Made by a program: the position numbers and the translations under genes. A stretch of 64,000 bases of DNA from Felis catus (taxonomy: Eukaryota). The stretch covers positions 1,550,001 through 1,614,000 of the forward strand of contig NC_058383.1 in assembly GCF_018350175.1 (NCBI RefSeq). Direction: 5' to 3'. Shown here in pieces: positions 57,601-64,000 of the stretch. Numbering within the stretch: position 1 is the first letter of the stretch; each line of letters begins with the position of its first letter. A model generated the notes under the pieces. The model worked only from the letters and a program-made list of their open reading frames with translations, made no database searches and was not told the origin of the DNA.

Positions 57601-60600
57601 GGGCAAGCTCCTCTGCGGGGCTGCACGGCCTGCACGGGCCTCGGTCCGGGTCAACACGGCCCCGCCGGCTGCCGGGTCCGCAAGGGCCACGGCGTGTGAG
57701 GGGGGTGGGGACAGAGGTCGGAGACGCTGGGGGACAGAACGGCCAGGAGGGCAGTGCAGGTGTGGTGGCGGTCGTACACCGAGTCCCTTCCAGGGACGAG
57801 CCAGGTGGACACAGGGGGCTTGGAGTCACCGTGTCCCCCGAGTACTCGCTGCAGTGACAGCAGGAACTCTGGAACTTTCTGAGGACGTGCAGCAGCCAGA
57901 TACTGAGCCGGCGCGGCCTGTGCTCACCGCGCCACGGTTTACGGGTTTACACGCACGCCTCTCCCCTGCCCTCGAGCTGCTCCCTGGTGCTGGAAGTGGT
58001 GCCCCTGCCTTGCCTGCTGGCCCGAGGGCGATCCCCGGGGCCGGCAGAGAGGACTCCCGCGTCCACAGCCGTGTCCCAAGGGCACTCACACGGGGGCCAG
58101 GCGCCGAGACTCAGCCACCGGCGTACCCGCCCGGTCTCCCTCTTGGGACGGGGGGCTCGCCCCGGCTGGTCGTCAGGAGGGAGGGCAGATAGAGCTTGTG
58201 AACCACAGCCAGACAGAATGACAGGCCCAGAGAGCAGGCCTCCGGAGGTCCCGGAGACTCGCACGCACCTGTGGGCGCCACGGGCGCCCCCACTGCTGCC
58301 GGCGCGGCGAGGCCCACTTCTCCTCCGGCGCGGGGGCAGGGGCGGGGGCGGGGAGGGCGGCCAGGCCCCCGCCGGGCCGAGTTCCGGGCCGAGTGCCTGC
58401 CTGTCCTCGGAGTGGCGGCCCCCGGGGGCAGGCAGCTCCCACCCACGCGGCAGCAAGGGCCGGGCCGCCGGGCGCCGCGTCTTCTGGAGCAGAGCGCGTG
58501 GGGTGAGCCCGAACCCTCAATCATGCCGGCGCACATCTGCAGAGCCCGCTCAGCCGGAACGGCGCTCAGCTATTTCTAACTCTGCCTTCAGCCCCCTTCC
58601 TGCCTGAAAGATCATCTCTGGGAAAATAAAATAAAATAAGCCAAAGGGGCCAGGAGACTGCAGCTTTCTGCGATCCCCCTCCAGCCTGATTGCGCCACCG
58701 CCGCGTGGGTCTGCGCTCAGCCCCCCGGGGCAGGGCCCCCAGGCCGCGTGAGGGTCGGCGGGTCGGCCCGTCTCTCCGGCTGGTCTCCGTCCCGCAGCAT
58801 CTCTCACTTAGGACCACCGGCTCACAGGGAACCCTTCCTTGCTGCCCCAGCCAAGGCTGAGCTCGCTGGCGGAGCCCTTCTGACCCCGGGGCGCATCCAG
58901 GTCGAGCTCCTCACTGTGGGTGGGGAAACCGAGTCCCGCAGGGTGCAGTGGCCCGGCCAAGCGTGAGGGCTCCAGGGCACCTCGTGTCCCCTTGGGTCCC
59001 GGGGCAGTGCTGGGCAGGGGCTGCCTCTGGCTGGGTCCCCGGAAGGCAGTGAGGATCTGCACGCGGTCAGTCTGCCGTCTCCCTTCTACGTGGCTTCTCG
59101 CGCGTTCTCCCCATCTGTCCGTCTGTCCGCAGTGCACAGCCCGCACGCGCCAGGCCGAGCAGGCAGACGAGCAGCGGATGGGATGGGACGGGGCCTCCTG
59201 TCACTGAGCCGTAACAGGCAGAGGCAGCAGGTACTTCACCGGCAGTCACTCCCAGCCCCTGCTTAGAGACGTCCTCACAGGCTCGGCAGCTCCAGACGCA
59301 CCTTCTTTGGGGCCCCTGAGGGCCCGATAGCACCCACCCCGGAGAAGCTCAGAGGCTCCGCGTTTCGAGTGTCCGGGAGGACTGCGGCCGAGCAAGCGAA
59401 CGCACACACACGTCCAGACGGTCTGCGGATACCGCCACGCTCTGGGGCCCTCTGCTCTCCGCAGCCCAGCACTTTCTGCCAGTGGAGGCGCAGAGGGAGG
59501 ACAGGGCCACCGTGGAGTGCAAGCCCCGGCCGGGCACTGCCCGAGGCACGGCAGCCGGTGTGGGGGGCCGGCACCTCGGGAGGGTGGGGAGGTGTCCGGG
59601 GGCAGAGGGCTGAGCCGGCCCAGAGGATGCACCTCTCACCCCCCTCCCGTTGGGTGGCCCGTGAGCTCCCGGGAAGGCCCCAAACGGACGTGCACGGGCC
59701 CCGAGCGGCAGATGCCCGTGGCTGTGTGAGAGGCGGCTGACACTGGGGGTGGGGGCTGAGGCCCTCACTGCCACGTCAGGGAGCCCGGGAGCACCAGCCG
59801 GCCGGGGTGCGGTGGGCCTCACCTGCCGAACTGTGGGAAAGGGCCCTCAGGGGGACCTATGAAGGGCTCCAGGGATGGGCCCGGGGTGGAGGAGGCAGGA
59901 CCGGGGCCCCCACCAGGATGCTGGGGACTTACAGCCCTACCCTGAAGGGAGAGAGGTAAGCGGAGGGTGGGAAGTGTGAGCCTGGGGCCCCGAGCTGGCT
60001 CAGACCCCTTCAGTTCACCCCACACGGCTTCCAGTTTTTCCTGATGAGCCGGGACAAGAAAGACAAAATCCCACCCACCTGTTGGTGCCCGTACGGCAGC
60101 AGGCACCAAGGGGGTGACAGGGCTGGAGACAGCAAAAGGAAGGCCAGCGTCCTCAGAAAAGCTGGGCTCTGGGGGAGGCTGGCCAGCGTGTGAACGCCAG
60201 GACGCAGGGACAAGGAGGCGGGAAGCTGGGACCAGGGCGGGTCCACCAGGGGCTGGGCAGGCCCCTGCCCGGCAGGGACCCACGAGAGGCCCGAGGAGAG
60301 ACAAGGCTGCGCCACACGCCCTGCTGGAGGTCTGGGCAGGGGCAGCCCTGTGCGTGTGCCCGTCACACGTGCGCACGCGTGCTCCTAGCCTCTGGTTCCC
60401 GGGACAGCCCCCTCAGGCCCATGGAGGCACGGCCAGGCTCCCCTCTTCCTCCCCCTGCCCCCCCCAACACCCAGGCCCTGAGGCCCTGGGGCATGAGCGC
60501 TCTCTTCAGGGAACCCTAACCTCCGGTCCTGGCTCTCTCGCTCTGTCCAGCGGCTGCTGCAACTGACCCGCCTGTCCCAGGGATGCCACGGGATTGGGGG

Positions 60601-61757
60601 GGATTCCTGGGGGCAGAGTGGGGGGGGGGCTTGCCTAGACGTCAGGGACCGGCTCTGTCCTGCATCCCCAGCTCTTTGGAGAGGGATACGGGACTCGTTG
60701 GAAGCACCCCCAGACTTCCACGGACAGAGAGCAGAAACAGCTCCTGCCTCCCGGTGCTATGGGGTGGGGGCTGGGGGGGAGGGGCGGCGGGCGGCTTGCA
60801 GGCTGGGTGGAGCGGCCAGGAGCCTGAGCTTCCAGGACGTGGCAAAGCCACCAGAAAGGCTCCACGCACCCCAACAGCATTGGCAAGTGCCTCGGGCACC
60901 GGGTCCTGGCCGGGGGCTGTGCACCTGCTGGGCGCGTCCTGGACCCTGGGTAGTAAGGAGTCTACAATCCAGTGTGCGAGCCCGACCAAAGAGGCCGCAT
61001 GCCGAGATGCGGGGTAGGGGCCTGGGTGGGGGGCTCCTGGCTTGTCCATACCTACACCGCACTTGAGGCCTCCCAGGGCCCAAGGGCCCGACGTAGGACG
61101 GTTCCTGTCCCTGAAGAACAGCTTGTGTAAAGGAATAAGTCACCTACGTAATGACCAAGCAACAGAAAGCGACGTGTGTCCTGAACGGTGTAAGCTGAAG
61201 ACAGTTCCCACCTCTGGGGAACACCGGAAGCCCTCCCGGAGGAGGCGACTGTGAGCACATTACGGCTCTGTTGGGGGGTGGGACGATCTAACCGGGGGCA
61301 GGGCCCAAGCGCTGGTGTGCAGAGTGAGGGGACCCCCAGGGGAAGGCAGAGATGGGGGCCCTGTGGGGCTAACATGGGCCCTGATGGGCAGCTTCTGTCT
61401 GCTAAGTGCTCACTGCTGAAAACACAATTCTGACAAACCCTGAAACCCAGGGTGGGTCCTCAGCGATGCTACTGGTGCCCCTGTGTCAAGCACTATGGGG
61501 GCTCGTGGTCGTGAGCTCTCTTAGCTCTGACCCCTGACTCACAGACGATGAGACCGAGGCTCAGAGTGGTCTCCAGGTGGGGAAAGGCAGCGTGTGGGTC
61601 CAAGTCTGGCAGCCTGGACGAGGGGCAGGTGGCCTGTCTACCGGGTCCTTTCCAGACAGCTCTCTGCACGGCCTCCGAGGACCAGGGGCACTGTGCTTCG
61701 CATCTCACAGTCGGCGACGTCCCTCCACGTTTTCCCTGACGACACGGCAGGAGAACC

Positions 61758-61789
61758 CACGCATCTAGAACGTCACGCATCTAGAACGT
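61758..61789. repeat. Perfect 16-bp tandem duplication
   Basis: cacgcatctagaacgt x2. Confidence 0.95.
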
Positions 61790-63776
61790 GGTGGGGCCGT
61801 GAGCAAACCCACGTCTCCTGATGCTGTGCACGAGACTGCCCCCTACCTGGGGGGTGGGGCTGGAGGCCCAGCTGGGACGGTGAGGGCAGGGGTGCCTGCT
61901 GTGGGCGTGAACGGAGGGCTGAGCCGTCAGCCCTCCTGTCGTCCTCGGGGGCCGGCTCACACCCATGCTGCTCCCAGCACATCTGGCCCTTAGGTCCAGA
62001 GCCAGGCCTGCAGCTGGGAGGCAGGGAACCAGTCAGAACTGTGGATGTACTGGACCCTGCAGGGGACCCTCAGGAGGGGAAGGTATTGGGGTTACTGCAG
62101 CAACACCCAGGAACTGAGCTGGGGTGAGCTCTGGGCGTGGACACACTCAAGGGGCCTGGTGGGGGGCAACTGCTGAGCACAGTGAGGCCTTGCACATGCA
62201 GGAGAGCCGAGGGTGGAGAGAGACCGCAGAGAGCGTGGGTGGGGGCAGGGACAGCCGAGGATCTGTAGGGGAATAGTGGAGGGTCCGGGGTGGGGGACAG
62301 CAGAGGGTCGGGGGATGGTGGACAGTCTGGGGCGGGGGGGGGGGGGGGGAGAGAAACGGCCTGACAGTGCCTTTGCGGATCTCTGCTCCACAGGCGCTGT
62401 CCTGTCCAGAGTGAGGGTTTGTAAGACCTGAACATCTCTGCTTACGCGCTTGACATTTAAGAAAACCGTGTGGGGTTCCCACAACGCACGAAGTGCTCGT
62501 CAGGGTCTGAGTTCTTCGGAAGATCGCGGAATGACACAGGAGAGACGTTTCTGAGAGCTTGCTTAGAAATGTACAACAGACACGCGGGACCCAAGACGGC
62601 CGGGGATGTGAGAAGGCAGCCGCCAGGCCGAGACGCGGTGCTGACCTCAGGACGAGGAGAGGCCGCCAGGAAGGAAGGGGGATGGAAACGAAGTCGGGGG
62701 GGGGGGGGCCCACGCCGACCTGCGAGGTCGGGACCCCTCTTCCCTCGGCCTCCCGCGACCCGGCGCCTCCGGGCTTGGCCAGCACCTGTGCCAGGAAGCA
62801 GCCGGGCGGGCACAGGTTTAGCGTGAGGTTCAGTTCGCGATGAAACGAGACAGGCGGGACTTCCTTTGCTACCGCGTCCTGCTCCACGTGTGCAGCTCGC
62901 ACGGGTTACGGCTGCTTTACGGACCCAGAAGAGCGGGTTCTTTGTTTTTACAAACGTGGGCAGAGCCAGCTGGATGGCCCGCTTCGCACCGTGGCCACCC
63001 CGCGTGGGGACCTCCGTGCCGACCGTGGCCGCCCACAGCCATGCCGGGCCCACGTCGCCGTCTTCAAGCAAAGGGAGGGGAGGCCAGCACGGCGGTGGCG
63101 GGAACAGCCCTCCTGGTCGGCCCGGCAGCGCCCCAGTCCCGCCCCTCACGTGCGGGTGCGTCGTTCCCCGCGACCGTCCCAGTCCCGAAACCCGGACACC
63201 GCCCCGGGCCCGGACACGGGTACAGCTCCACAGGCCACATGCTGCCTCCGACTCCGAGGGGGCTCCTCTGTGGGGGCCCCCACCCTGCTGGCTTCTCCAG
63301 AAGGAGTCTGGGGCCAACACAGGCCGCCAAGTTCCCGCCCTCGCGTCTGTCTGGGGTTCCAGCCCTGGCGTCTCAGGCAGACCCGAGGGCCCGTCCCAGA
63401 GAGATCCAGCAGCTTCCGTCCCCTGTCCCGTCTGCCACACGGCACGATGGCCTTGGCCACGGTCCAGTCCTGAGGCCGCCTCCCTGGCCCAACACGGACC
63501 CTCACCCTCTTACTTCCGCCGCCCCCCGGGAACTGCTGGGGCTGGATGCCCCGGGCCTCGCTGCCCCGCCCCTCCCAGCGACGGGGCCAACACAGCACAG
63601 GCGGACGGCAGACACCCAGAGGCGGCCAGGTCGGGGCGGCCGGGGGTCAGCAGACTCCCCTGGAAGCAGCGGGCCACGCCTCCTGAGGGGAGGCCGCCAA
63701 CGCTCCCGCTCCATCGTGCACCAGGACGACCGGGCGGACGTGCTCTCCACGCCGGTGGCCGTCACCGCGGTCCTAC

Positions 63777-63967
63777 CTTGAAGATGAGGCAGTCGGCCTT
63801 GTGCTCGGCGTACATGGACGTCAGCCGGTACTGGCTCTCCGTGGTGACATCTATCTGGTAGCCCGTGAGCGCGTAGCAGACCTTCCGGAACTCCTGGATC
63901 TTTGTGTGAAAGACCTCCTTCAGCCGCTGGTTTCTCAGCTCGGCACTCTCCACCTGCTTCTTCAGCT
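63777..63967 (-). CDS. MAD1L1: MAD1L1 (mitotic arrest deficient 1-like 1) penultimate coding exon, 191 nt
   Basis: Translates as (E)[63 protein letters not shown], with the MAD1 C-terminal RLK and QYRL motifs. Acceptor ...CCCCCAG (ct at 63968-63969 on +) follows a pyrimidine tract. Donor AAG|GTAGGA (ac at 63775-63776) is phase 0, matching the next exon. Confidence 0.97.
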
Positions 63968-64000
63968 CTGGGGGCGACAGGGGACAGGGTGAGCTTGCAA

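Larger units (their letters stand above)
25138..63776 (-). other. MAD1L1: MAD1L1 last intron (38,639 nt, GT-AG)
   Basis: Bounded by the donor and acceptor above. The joined peptide ...DCLIFK|ATGPSG... is continuous MAD1 sequence, so no coding exon is missing in between. Confidence 0.93.

Noticed and set aside
25138..63776. Intronic miRNA or snoRNA genes
   Set aside because: I could not recognise any, and GC-rich hairpins are uninformative by eye. An Infernal/Rfam and miRBase search would be needed.

Overview
Mammalian, GC- and CpG-rich DNA. The CAN-SINE (SINEC_Fc-type) copies point to a felid, such as the domestic cat. The only protein-coding sequence I can support is the 3' end of MAD1L1 on the minus strand: the penultimate exon (63777-63967), a 38.6-kb last intron, the terminal coding exon (24979-25137), a short 3' UTR and an AATAAA signal at 24717-24722. 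Positions 1 to about 24.7 kb are downstream intergenic sequence dense in repeats, including 15 of the 16 SINEs. Ancient LINE-1/L2/MIR relics, MaLR LTRs, hAT-type MER elements and tandem repeats occur on both sides of the terminal exon. Almost all six-frame ORFs are artefacts of high GC. I found no convincing new gene or molecular system. The leads most worth checking are: (i) a series of short, non-repeat AT-rich islands packed with homeodomain/POU motifs, which are candidate conserved enhancers; (ii) ancient LINE-1 relics rewritten into CpG-rich, promoter-like sequence, consistent with GC-biased gene conversion; (iii) a sharp SINE density and orientation asymmetry. Repeat family names and human MAD1 comparisons are from recalled consensus sequences, not database searches.
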